DNA of 64,000 bases from Eledone cirrhosa (taxonomy: Eukaryota), in assembly GCA_964016885.1 (NCBI GenBank), contig OZ024743.1:136214001-136278000 (forward strand), written 5' to 3'. A program made the position numbers and the translations under genes. The notes below the pieces were generated by a model. It had not been told where the DNA came from and searched no databases. It was given only the letters and a program-made list of their open reading frames with translations. Below are positions 39,006 through 50,569 of this stretch, in pieces. Each line of letters starts with the position of its first letter. Positions within the stretch are counted from its first letter, which is position 1.

Positions 39006-41100
39006 CTTGGTGCTTGGTGTTTTGTGTTTGGTGTTTGGTGCTTGGTGTATGTACTTGGTGCTTGGTGCTTGGTGTTTGGTGCTTGGTGTTTGGTGTTTGG
39101 TGCTTGGTGTTTGGTACTTGGTGCTTGGTGCTTGGTGTTTGGTGCTTGGTTCTTGGTGTTTGGTGCTTGGTGCTTGGTGCTTGGTGCTTGGTGTTTGGTG
39201 CATGGTGCTTGGTGTTTGGGGCTTGGTGCCTGGTGCTTTCTGTTTGGTGCTAGGTGCTTGGTGCTTGGTCTTTGGTGTTTGGTGCTTGGTGCCTGGTGCT
39301 TTGTGTTTGGTGCTAGGTGCTTGGTGCTTGGTCTTTGGTGTTTGGTGCTTGGTGCTTGGTGCTTGGTGTTTGGTGCTTGGTGCTTGGTGCTTGGTTATTA
39401 GTGTTTGGTGCTTGGTGCTTGGGGTTTGGTGTTTGGTGCTTGGTGCTTGGTGTTTGGTGTTTGCTGTATGGTGTTTGCTGTTTCGTGTTTGGTGTTTGCT
39501 GTTTGGTGTTTAATGCTTGGTGCTTGGTGCTTGGTGTTTGGTGCTTGGTGCTTGGTGCTTGGTGTTTGGCGTTTGCTCTTTGCTGTTTGGTGTTTGGTGC
39601 TTGCTGTTTGGTGTTTGGTGTTTGGTGTTTGGTGTTTGGTGCTTGATGTTTGGTGCTTGGTGCTTGGTGTTTGGTGTTTGGTGTTTGGTGCTTGGTGCTT
39701 GGTGGTTGGTGCTTGGTGCTGGGTGTTTGGTGCTAGGTGCTTGGTGTTTGGTGCTTGGTGCTTGGTGCTTGGTGCTTGGTCTTTGGTGCTTGGTGTTTGG
39801 TGTTTGGTGCTTGGTGCTTGGTGTTTGGTGCTTGGGGCTTGGTGTTTGGTGCTTGGTGATTGCTGCTTGGTGTTTGGTGTTTGGTGCTTGGTGCTTGGTG
39901 CTTGGTGATTAGTGTTTGGTGCTTGGTGCTTGGTGCCTTGTCCTTGGTGCTTGGTGCTTGTTGTTTGGTGCTTGGTGCTTGGTGATTAGTGTTTGGTGCT
40001 TGGTGCTTGGGGCTTGGTGTTTGCTGCTTGGTGCTTGCTGTTTGGTGGTTGCTGTTTAGTGCTTGGTGTTTGGTGCTTGGTGCTTGGTGCTGGGTGGTTG
40101 GTGTTTGGTGCTTGGTGCTTGGTGTTTGGTGCTTGGTGCTTGGTGCTTGTTGTTTGGTGCTTGGTGCTTGGTCTTTGGTGCTTGGTGTTTGGTGTTTGGT
40201 GCTTGGTGCTTGGTGCTTGGTTTTTGGTGCTTGGTGCTTGGTGCTTGGTGTTTGGTGCTTGGTGCTTGGTGCTTGTTGTTTGGTGCTTGGTGCTTGGTCT
40301 TTGGTGCTTGGTGTTTGGTGTTTGGTGCTTGGTGCTTCGTGTTTGGTGCTTAGTGCCTGGTGCTTGGTGTTTGGTGCTTGGTGCTTGGTGTTTGCTGATT
40401 GGTGCTTGGTGCTTGGTGCTTAGTGCTTGGTGTTTGGTGTTTGGTGCTTGGTGTTTGGTGTTTGGTGTTTGATGCTTGGTTTTTGCTGCTTGGTGCTTGG
40501 TGCTTGGTGCTTGGTGTTCTGTGTTTGGTGCTTGGTGCTTGGTGCCTGGTGCTTGGTGCTTGGTGCTTGTTGTTTGGTGCTTGGTGCTTGGTGATTAGTC
40601 TTTGGTGCTTGGTGCTTGGTGTTTGGTGTTTGGTGTTTCGTGCTTGGTGCTTGGTGTTTGGTGTTTGGTGCTTGGTGTTTGGTGCTTGGTGCTTTGAGCT
40701 TGGTGTTTGGTGCTGGGTGTATGGTGTTTGGTGCTTGGTGCTTGGTGCTTGGTGTTTGGTGTTTGGTGCTTGGTACTTGGTGTTTGGTGTTTGATGCTTG
40801 GTGTTTGATGCTTGTTGCTTGGTGCTTGGTGTTTTGTGTTTGGTGTTTGGTGCTTGGTGTATGTACTTGGTGCTTGGTGCTTGGTGTTTGGTGCTTGGTG
40901 TTTGGTGTTTGGTGCTTGGTGTTTGGTACTTGGTGCTTGGTGCTTGGTGTTTGGTGCTTGGTTCTTGGTGTTTGGTGCTTGGTGCTTGGTGCTTGGTGCT
41001 TGGTGTTTGGTGCATGGTGCTTGGTGTTTGGGGCTTGGTGCCTGGTGCTTTCTGTTTGGTGCTAGGTGCTTGGTGCTTGGTCTTTGGTGTTTGGTGCTTG
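37472..41100 (+). repeat. Near-perfect tandem duplication, unit 1812 bp, junction at ~39284
   Basis: Constant 1812 offset: 37505/39317, 38177/39989, 38538/40350, 38804/40616. Confidence 0.93.
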
Positions 41101-43829
41101 GTGCTTGGTGCTTGGTGTTTGGTGCTTGGTGCTTGGTGCTTGGTTATTAGTGTTTGGTGCTTGGTGCTTGGGGTTTGGTGTTTGGTGCTTGGTGCTTGGT
41201 GTTTGGTGTTTGCTGTATGGTGTTTGCTGTTTCGTGTTTGGTGTTTGGTGTTTGTTGTTTAATGCTTGGTGCTTGGTGTTTGGTGTTTGATGTTTGGTGC
41301 TTGGTGCTTGGTGTTTGGTGCTTGGTGCTTGGTGCTGGGTGTTTGGTGCTTGGTGCTTGGTGTTTGGTGCTTGGTGCTTGATGCTTGGTGCTTGGTGTTT
41401 GGTCCTTGGTGCTTGGTGCTTGGTCTTTGGTGCTTGGGGTTTGGTGTTTGGTGCTTGGTGCTTGGTGTTTGGTGCTTGGTGCTTGGTGCTTGGTGTTTGG
41501 TGTTTGGTGCTTGCTGCTTGGTGCTTGGTGTTTGGTGCTTGGTGCTTGGTGATTAGTGTTTGGTGCATGGTGCTTGGTGTTTGTTGTTTGGTGCTTGGTG
41601 CTTGGTGTTTGGTGCTTGGTGCTTGCTGTTTGGTGTTTGGTGTTTGGTGCTTGGTGCTTGGTGTTTGGTGTTTGGTGTTTGGTGTTTGGTGTTTGGTGCT
41701 TGGTGCTTGGTGTTTGGTGCTTGGTGTTTGGTGCTTGGTGTATGTACTTGGTGCTTGGTGCTTGGTCTTTGGTGCTTGGTTTTGGTGTTTGGTGCTTGGT
41801 GCTTTGTACTTGGTGTTTGGTGCTTGGTGCTTGGTCTGTGGTGCTTGGTGTTTGGTGTTTGGTGCTTGGTGCTTGGTGTTTGGTGCTTGGTGCCTGGTGC
41901 TTGGTGTTTGGTGCTTGGTGCTTGGTGTTTGGTGATTGGTGGTTGGTGCTTGGTGCTTAGTGCTTGGTGTTTGGTGTTTGGTGCTTGGTGTTTGGTGTTT
42001 GATGCTTGGTGCTTGGTGCTTGGTGCTTGGTGCATGGTGTTCTGTGTTTGGTGCTTGGTGCTTGGTGCTTGTTGTTTGGTGCTTGGTGCTTGGTGATTAG
42101 TCTTTGGTGCTTGGTGCTTGGTATTTGGTGTTTGGTGTTTCGTGCTTGGTGTCTAGTGTTTGGGTTTTGGTGTTTGGTGCTTGGTGCTTAGTGTTTGGTG
42201 TTTGGTGCTTGGTGCTTGGTGTTTGGTGTTTGGTGCTTGGTGTTTGGTGCTTGGTGCTTTGTGCTTAGTGTTTGGTGCTGGGTGTATGGTGTTTGGTGCT
42301 TGGTGCTTGGTGCTTGGTGTCTGTTGTTTGGTGCTTGGTACTTGGTGTTTGGTGTTTGATGCTTGGTGTTTGATGCTTGTTGCTTGGTGCTTGGTGTTTT
42401 GTGTTTGGTGTTTGGTGCTTGGTGTATGTACTTGGTGCTTGGTGCTTGGTGTTTGGTGCTTGGTTCTTGGTGTTTGGTGCTTGGTGCTTGGTGCTTGGTG
42501 TTTGGTGCTTGGTGCTTGGTGTTTGGTGCTTGGTGTTTGGTGTTTGGTGCTTGGTGTTTGGTACTTGGTGCTTGGTGCTTGGTGTTAAGTGTTTGGTGCT
42601 TGGTGCTTGGTGCTTGGTGTTTGGTGCTTCGTGCTTGGTGCTTGGTGTTTGGTGCATGGTGCTTGGTGTTTGGGGCTTGGTGCCTGGTGCTTTGTGTTTG
42701 GTGCTAGGTGCTTGGTGCTTGGTCTTTGGTGTTTGGTGCTTAGTACTTGGTGCTTGGTGTTTGGTGCTTGGTGCTTGGTGCTTGGTTATTAGTGTTTGGT
42801 GTTTGGTGCTTGGCGCTTGGTGTTTGGTGCTTGGTGCTTGGTGCTTGGTGTTTGGTGTTTGGTGCTTGCTGCTTGGTGCTTGGTGTTTGGTGCTTGGTGC
42901 TTGGTGCTTGGTGTTTGGTGCTTGGTGCTTGCTGTTTGGTGTTTGGTGTTTGGTGCTTGGTGCTTGGTGTTTGGTGTTTGGTGTTTGGTGTTTGGTGTTT
43001 GGTGCTTGGTGCTTGGTGTTTGGTGCTTGGTGTTTGGTGCTTGGTGTATGTACTTGGTGCTTGGTGCTTGGTGTTTGGTGCTTGGTTCTTGGTGTTTGGT
43101 GCTTGGTGCTTGGTGCTTGGTGTTTGGTGCTTGGTGCTTGGTGTTTGGTACTTGGTGCTTGGTGTTTGGTGTTTGGTGCTTGGTGTTTGGTGCTTGGTGC
43201 TTGGTGCTTGGTGTTAAGTGTTTGGTGCTTGGTGCTTCGTGTTTGGTGCTTCGTGCTTGGTGCTTGGTGTTTGGTGCATGGTGCTTGATGTTTGGGGCTT
43301 GGTGCCTGGTGCTTGGTGTTTGGTGCTTGGTCTTTGGTGGTTGGTGTTTGGTGTTTGGTACTTGGTGCTTGGTGTTTGGTGCTTGGTGTTTGGTGCTTGG
43401 TGTTCGGTGCTTGGTGCTTGGTGCTTGGTACATGGTGTTAGGTTTTTGGTGCTTGGGGCTTGGTGTTTGGTGTTTGGTGCTTGGTGCTTGGTGTTTGGTG
43501 TTTGGTGCTTGGTGTTTGGTGTTTGGTGCTTTGTGCTTGGTGTTTGGTGCTGGGTGTATGGTGTTTGGTGCTTGGTGCTTGGTGCTTGGTGTTTGGTGTG
43601 TGGTGCTTGGTACTTGGTGTTTGGTGTTTGATGCTTGGTGTTTGATGCTTGTTGCTTGGTGCTTGGTGTTTTGTGTTTGGTGTTTGGTGCTTGGTGTATG
43701 TACTTGGTGCTTGGTGCTTGGTGTTTGGTGCTTGGTTCTTGGTGTTTGGTGCTTGGTGCTTGGTGCTTGGTGTTTGGTGCTTGGTGCTTGGTGTTTGGTG
43801 CTTGGTGTTTGGTGTTTGGTGCTTGGTGT

Positions 43830-46800
43830 TTGGTACTTGGTGCTTGGTGCTTGGTGTTAAGTGTTTGGTGCTTGGTGCTTGGTGTTTGGTGCTTCGTGCT
43901 TGGTGCTTGGTGTTTGGTGCATGGTGCTTGGTGTTTGGGGCTTGGTGCCTGGGGCTTTGTGTTTGGTGCTAGGTGCTTGGTGCTTGGTCTTTGGTGTTTG
44001 GTGCTTGGTGCTTGGTGCTTGGTGTTTGGTGCTTGGTGCTTGGTGCTTGGTTATTAGTGTTTGGTGCTTGGTGCTTGGGGTTTGGTGTTTGGTGCTTGGT
44101 GCTTGGTGTTTGGTGTTTGCTGTATGGTGTTTGCTGTTTCGTGGTTGGTGTTTGCTGTTTGGTGTTTAATGCTTGGTGCTTGGTGCTTGGTGTTTGGTGC
44201 TTGGTGCTTGGTGCTTGGTGTTTGGCGTTTGCTCTTTGCTGTTTGGTGTTTGGTGCTTGCTGTTTGGTGTTTGGTGTTTGGTGTTTGGTGTTTGGTGCTT
44301 GCTGTTTGGTGCTTGGTGCTTGGTGTTTGGTGTTTGGTGTTTGGTGCTTGGTGCTTGGTGTTTGGTGGTTGGTGCTTGGTGCTGGGTGTTTGGTGCTAGG
44401 TGCTTGGTGTTTGGTGCTTGGTGCTTGGTGCTTGGTGCTTGGTCTTTGGTGCTTGGTGTTTGGTGCTTGGTGCTTGGTGCTTGGTGTTTGGTGCTTGGGG
44501 CTTGGTGTTTGGTGCTTGGTGATTGCTGCTTGGTGTTTGGTGTTTGGTGCTTGGTGCTTGGTGCTTGGTGATTAGTGTTTGGTGCTTGGTGCTTGGTGCC
44601 TTGTGCTTGGTGCTTGGTGCTTGTTGTTTGGTGCTTGGTGCTTGGTGATTAGTGTTTGGTGCTTGGTGCTTGGTGCCTGGTGCTTGGTGCTTGTTGTTTG
44701 GTGCTTGGTGCTTGGTGATTAGTGTTTGGTGCTTGGTGCTTGGGGCTTGGTGTTTGGTGCTTGGTGCTTGGTGCTTGCTGTTTGGTGGTTGCTGTTTGGT
44801 GCTTGGTGTTTGGTGCTTGGTGCTTGGTGCTTGGTTTTTGGTGCTTGGTGCTTGGTGCTTGGTGTTTGGTGCTTGGTGCTTGGTGCTTGTTGTTTGGTGC
44901 TTGGTGCTTGGTCTTTGCTGCTTGGTGTTTGGTGTTTGGTGCTTGGTGCTTGGTGTTTGGTGCCTGGTGCCTGGTGCTTGGTGTTTGGTGCTTGGTGCTT
45001 GGTGTTTGCTGATTGGTGCTTGGTGCTTGGTGCTTGGTGCTTAGTGCTTGGTGTTTGGTGTTTGGTGCTTGGTGTTTGGTGTTTGGTGTTTGATGCTTGG
45101 TTTTTGCTGCTTGGTGCTTGGTGCTTGGTGCTTGGTGTTCTGTGTTTGGTGCTTGGTGCTTGGTGCCTGGTGCTTGGTGCTTGGTGCTTGTTGTTTGGTG
45201 CTTGGTGCTTGGTGATTAGTCTTTGGTGCTTGGTGCTTGGTGTTTGGTGTTTGGTGTTTCGTGCTTGGTGTCTAGTGTTTGGGTTTTGGTGTTTGGTGCT
45301 TGGTGCTTAGTGTTTGGTGTTTGGTGATTGGTGCTTGGTGTTTGGTGTTTGGTGCTTGGTGTTTGGTGCTTGGTGCTTTGAGCTTGGTGTTTGGTGCTGG
45401 GTGTATGGTGTTTGGTGCTTGGTGCTTGGTGCTTGGTGTTTGGTGTTTGGTGCTTGGTACTTGGTGTTTGGTGTTTGATGCTTGGTGTTTGATGCTTGTT
45501 GCTTGGTGCTTGGTGTTTTGTGTTTGGTGTTTGGTGCTTGGTGTATGTACTTGGTGCTTGGTGCTTGGTGTTTGGTGCTTGGTTCTTGGTGTTTGGTGCT
45601 TGGTGCTTGGTGTTTGGTGCTTGGTGTTTGGTGTTTGGTGCTTGGTGTTTGGTACTTGGTGCTTGGTGCTTGGTGTTTGGTGCTTGGTTCTTGGTTTTTG
45701 GTGCTTGGTGCTTGGTGCTTGGTGTTTGGTGCTTGGTACTTGGTGTTTGGTGCTTGGTGTTTGGTGTTTGGTGCTTGGTGTTTGGTACTTGGTGCTTGGT
45801 GCTTGGTGTTAAGTGTTTGGTGCTTGGTGTTTGGTGCTTCGTGCTTGGTGCTTGGTGTTTGGTGCATGGTGCTTGGTGTTTGGGGCTTGGTGCCTGGTGC
45901 TTTCTGTTTGGTGCTAGGTGCTTGGTGCTTGGTCTTTGGTGTTTGGTGCTTGGTGCTTGGTGCTTGGTGTTTGGTGCTTGGTGCTTGGTGCTTGGTAATT
46001 AGTGTTTGGTGCTTGGTGCTTGGGGTTTGGTGTTTGGTGCTTGGTGCTTGGTGTTTGGTGTTTGCTGTATGGTGTTTACTGTTTCGTGTTTGGTGTTTGG
46101 TGTTTGGTGTTTAATGCTTGGTGCTTGGTGTTTGGTGTTTGGTGTTTGGTGCTTGGTGCTTGGTGTTTGGTGCTTGGTGCTTGGTGCTGGGTGTTTGGTG
46201 CTTGGTGCTTGGTGTTTGGTGCTTGGTGCTTGATGCTTCGTGCTTGGTGTTTGGTCCTTGGTGCTTGGTGCTTGGTCTTTGGTGCTTGGGGTTTGGTGTT
46301 TGGTGCTTGGTGCTTGGTGTTTGGTGCTTGGTGCTTGGTGCTTGGTGCTTGGTGTTTGGTGCTTGCTGCTTGGTGCTTGGTGTTTGGTGCTTGGTGCTTG
46401 GTGATTAGTGTTTGGTGCATGGTGCTTGGTGTTTGTTGTTTGGTGCTTGGTGCTTGGTGTTTGGTGCTTGGTGCTTGCTGTTTGGTGTTTGGTGTTTGGT
46501 GCTTGGTTCTTGGTGTTTGGTGTTTGGTGTTTGGTGCTTGGTGCTTGGTGTTTGGTACTTGGTGCTTGGTGCTTGGTGTTTGGTGCTTGGTGCTTGGTGT
46601 TTGCTGATTGGTGCTTGGTGCTTGGTGCTTGGTGCTTAGTGCTTGGTGTTTGGTGTTTGGTGCTTGGTGTTTGGTGTTTGGTGTTTGATGCTTGGTTTTT
46701 GCTGCTTGGTGCTTGGTGCTTGGTGCTTGGTGTTCTGTGTTTGGTGCTTGGTGCTTGGTGCCTGGTGCTTGGTGCTTGGTGCTTGTTGTTTGGTGCTTGG

Positions 46801-49560
46801 TGCTTGGTGATTAGTCTTTGGTGCTTGGTGCTTGGTGTTTGGTGTTTGGTGTTTCGTGCTTGGTGTCTAGTGTTTGGGTTTTGGTGTTTGGTGCTTGGTG
46901 CTTAGTGTTTGGTGTTTGGTGATTGGTGCTTGGTGTTTGGTGTTTGGTGCTTGGTGTTTGGTGCTTGGTGCTTTGAGCTTGGTGTTTGGTGCTGGGTGTA
47001 TGGTGTTTGGTGCTTGGTGCTTGGTGCTTGGTGTTTGGTGTTTGGTGCTTGGTATTTGGTGTTTGGTGTTTGATGCTTGGTGTTTGATGCTTGTTGCTTG
47101 GTCCTTGGTGTTTTGTGTTTGGTGTTTGGTGCTTGGTGTATGTACTTGGTGCTTGGTGCTTGGTGTTTGGTGCTTGGTTCTTGGTGTTTGGTGCTTGGTG
47201 CTTGGTGTTTGGTGCTTGGTGTTTGGTGTTTGGTGCTTGGTGTTTGGTACTTGGTGCTTGGTGCTTGGTGTTTGGTGCTTGGTTCTTGGTTTTTGGTGCT
47301 TGGTGCTTGGTGCTTGGTGTTTGGTGCTTGGTACTTGGTGTTTGGTGCTTGGTGTTTGGTGTTTGGTGCTTGGTGTTTGGTACTTGGTGCTTGGTGCTTG
47401 GTGTTAAGTGTTTGGTGCTTGGTGTTTGGTGCTTCGTGCTTGGTGCTTGGTGTTTGGTGCATGGTGCTTGGTGTTTGGGGCTTGGTGCCTGGTGCTTTCT
47501 GTTTGGTGCTAGGTGCTTGGTGCTTGGTCTTTGGTGTTTGGTGCTTGGTGCTTGGTGCTTGGTGTTTGGTGCTTGGTGCTTGGTGCTTGGTAATTAGTGT
47601 TTGGTGCTTGGTGCTTGGGGTTTGGTGTTTGGTGCTTGGTGCTTGGTGTTTGGTGTTTGCTGTATGGTGTTTGCTGTTTCGTGTTTGGTGTTTGGTGTTT
47701 GGTGTTTAATGCTTGGTGCTTGGTGTTTGGTGTTTGGTGTTTGGTTCTTGGTGCTTGGTGTTTGGTGCTTGTTGCTTGGTGCTGGGTGTTTGGTGCTTGG
47801 TGCTTGGTGTTTGGTGCTTGGTGCTTGATGCTTGGTGCTTGGTGTTTGGTCCTTGGTGCTTGGTGCTTGGTCTTTGGTGCTTGGGGTTTGGTGTTTGGTG
47901 CTTGGTGCTTGGTGTTTGGTGCTTGGTGCTTGGTGCTTGGTGCTTGGTGTTTGGTGCTTGCTGCTTGGTGCTTGGTGTTTGGTGCTTGGTGCTTGGTGAT
48001 TAGTGTTTGGTGCATGGTGCTTGGTGTTTGTTGTTTGGTGCTTGGTGCTGGGTGTTTGGTGCTTGGTGCTTGCTGTTTGGTGTTTGGTGTTTGGTGCTTG
48101 GTGCTTGGTGTTTGGTGTTTGGTGTTTGGTGCTTGGTGCTTGGTGTTTGGTACTTGGTGCTTGGTGCTTGGTGTTAAGTGTTTGGTGCTTGGTGCTTGGT
48201 GTTTGGTGCTTCGTGCTTGGTGCTTGGTGTTTGGTGCATGGTGCTTGGTGTTTGGGGCTTGGTGCCTGGGGCTTTGTGTTTGGTGCTAGGTGCTTGGTGC
48301 TTGGTCTTTGGTGTTTGGTGCTTGGTGCTTGGTGCTTGGTGTTTGGTGCTTGATGCTTGGTGCTTGGTTATTAGTGTTTGGTGCTTGGTGCTTGGGGTTT
48401 GGTGTTTGGTGCTTGGTGCTTGGTGTTTGGTGTTTGCTGTATGGTGTTTGCTGTTTCGTGTTTGGTGTTTGCTGTTTGGTGTTTAATGCTTGGTGCTTGG
48501 TGCTTGGTGTTTGGTGCTTGGTGCTTGGTGCTTGGTGTTTGGCGTTTGCTCTTTGCTGTTTGGTGTTTGGTGCTTGCTGTTTGGTGTTTGGTGTTTGGTG
48601 TTTGGTGTTTGGTGCTTGCTGTTTGGTGCTTGGTGCTTGGTGTTTGGTGTTTGGTGTTTGGTGCTTGGTGCTTGGTGTTTGGTGGTTGGTGCTTGGTGCT
48701 GGGTGTTTGGTGCTAGGTGCTTGGTGTTTGGTGCTTGGTGCTTGGTGCTTGGTGCTTGGTCTTTGGTGCTTGGTGTTTGGTGCTTGGTGCTTGGTGCTTG
48801 GTGTTTGGTGCTTGGGGCTTGGTGTTTGGTGCTTGGTGATTGCTGCTTGGTGTTTGGTGTTTGGTGCTTGGTGCTTGGTGATTAGTGTTTGGTGCTTGGT
48901 GCTTGGTGCCTTGTGCTTGGTGTTTGGTGCTTGTTGTTTGGTGCTTGGTGCTTGGTGATTAGTGTTTGGTGCTTGGTGCTTGGTGCCTGGTGCTTGGTGC
49001 TTGTTGTTTGGTGCTTGGTGCTTGGTGATTAGTGTTTGGTGCTTGGTGCTTGGGGCTTGGTGTTTGGTGCTTGGTGCTTGGTGCTTGCTGTTTGGTGGTT
49101 GCTGTTTGGTGCTTGGTGTTTGGTGCTTGGTGCTTGGTGCTTGGTTTTTGGTGCTTGGTGCTTGGTGCTTGGTGTTTGGTGCTTGGTGCTTGGTGCTTGT
49201 TGTTTGGTGCTTGGTGCTTGGTCTTTGGTGCTTGGTGTTTGGTTTTTGGTGCTTGGTGCTTGGTGTTTGGTGCTTGGTGCCTGGTGCTTGGTGTTTGGTG
49301 CTTGGTGCTTGGTGTTTGCTGATTGGTGCTTGGTGCTTGGTGCTTGGTGCTTAGTGCTTGGTGTTTGGTGTTTGGTGCTTGGTGTTTGGTGTTTGGTGTT
49401 TGATGCTTGGTTTTTGCTGCTTGGTGCTTGGTGCTTGGTGTTCTGTATTTGGTGCTTGGTGCTTGGTGCCTGGTGCTTGGTGCTTGGTGCTTGTTGTTTG
49501 GTGCTTGGTGCTTGGTGATTAGTCTTTGGTGCTTGGTGTTTGGTGTTTGGTGTTTCGTGC
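43830..49560 (+). repeat. ~1.4 kb block (about 43830-45270) re-occurring 4310-4317 bp downstream (about 48150-49560)
   Basis: Offsets 43861/48178, 43973/48290 and 44652/48962. Both copies share the rare CCTGGGGCTTTG (~43948/~48265). Confidence 0.85.
44980..48165 (+). repeat. Tandem duplication, unit 1595 bp, with several substitutions between copies
   Basis: Constant 1595 offset: 45279/46874, 45482/47077, 46002/47597, 46408/48003. Both copies share GGTAATTAG (~45994/~47589). Confidence 0.9.
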
Positions 49561-50569
49561 TTGGTGTCTAGTGTTTGGTGTTTGGTGCTTGGTGCTTGGT
49601 GTTTGGTGTTTGGTGCTTGGTGTTTGGTGCTTGGTGCTTTGAGCTTGGTGTTTGGTGCTGGGTGTATGGTGTTTGGTGCTTGGTGCTTGGTGCTTGGTGT
49701 TTGGTGTTTGGTGCTTGGTACTTGGTGTTTGGTGTTTGATGCTTGGTGTTTGATGCTTGTTGCTTGGTGCTTGGTGTTTTGTGTTTGGTGTTTGGTGCTT
49801 GGTGTATGTACTTGGTGCTTGGTACTTGGTGTTTGGTGCTTGGTTCTTGGTGTTTGGTGCTTGGTGCTTGGTGTTTGGTGCTTGGTGTTTGGTGTTTGGT
49901 GCTTGGTGTTTGGTACTTGGTGCTTGGTGCTTGGTGTTTGGTGCTTGGTTCTTGGTTTTTGGTGCTTGGTGCTTGATGCTTGGTGTTTGGTGCTTGGTAC
50001 TTGGTGTTTGGTGCTTGGTGTTAGGTGTTTGGTGCTTGGTGTTTGGTACTTGGTGATTGGTGTTTGGTGCATGGTGCTTGGTGTTTGGGGCTTGGTGCCT
50101 GGTGCTTTCTGTTTGGTGCTAGGTGCTTGGTCTTTGGTGTTTGGTGCTTGGTGCTTGGTGCTTCGTGTTTGGTGCTTGGTGCTTGGTGCTTGGTAATTAG
50201 TGTTTAGTGCTTGGTGCTTGGGGTTTGGTGTTTAATGCTTGGTGCTTGGTGTTTGGTGTTTGGTGTTTGGTGCTTGGTGCTTGGTGTTTGGTGCTTGGTG
50301 CTTGGTGCTGGGTGTTTGGTGCTTGGTGCTTGGTGTTTGGTGCTTGGTGCTTGATGCTTGGTGCTTGGTGTTTGGTCCTTGGTGCTTGGTGCTCGGTCTT
50401 TGGTGCTTGGGGTTTGGTGTTTGGTGCTTGGTGCTTGGTGTTTGGTGCTTGGTGCTTGGTGCTTGGTGTTTGGTGTTTGGTGCTTGCTGCTTGGTGCTTG
50501 GTGTTTGGTGTTTGGTGTTTGGTGCTTGGTGCTTGGTGTTTGGTGCTTGGTGTTTGGTGCTTATGTATG

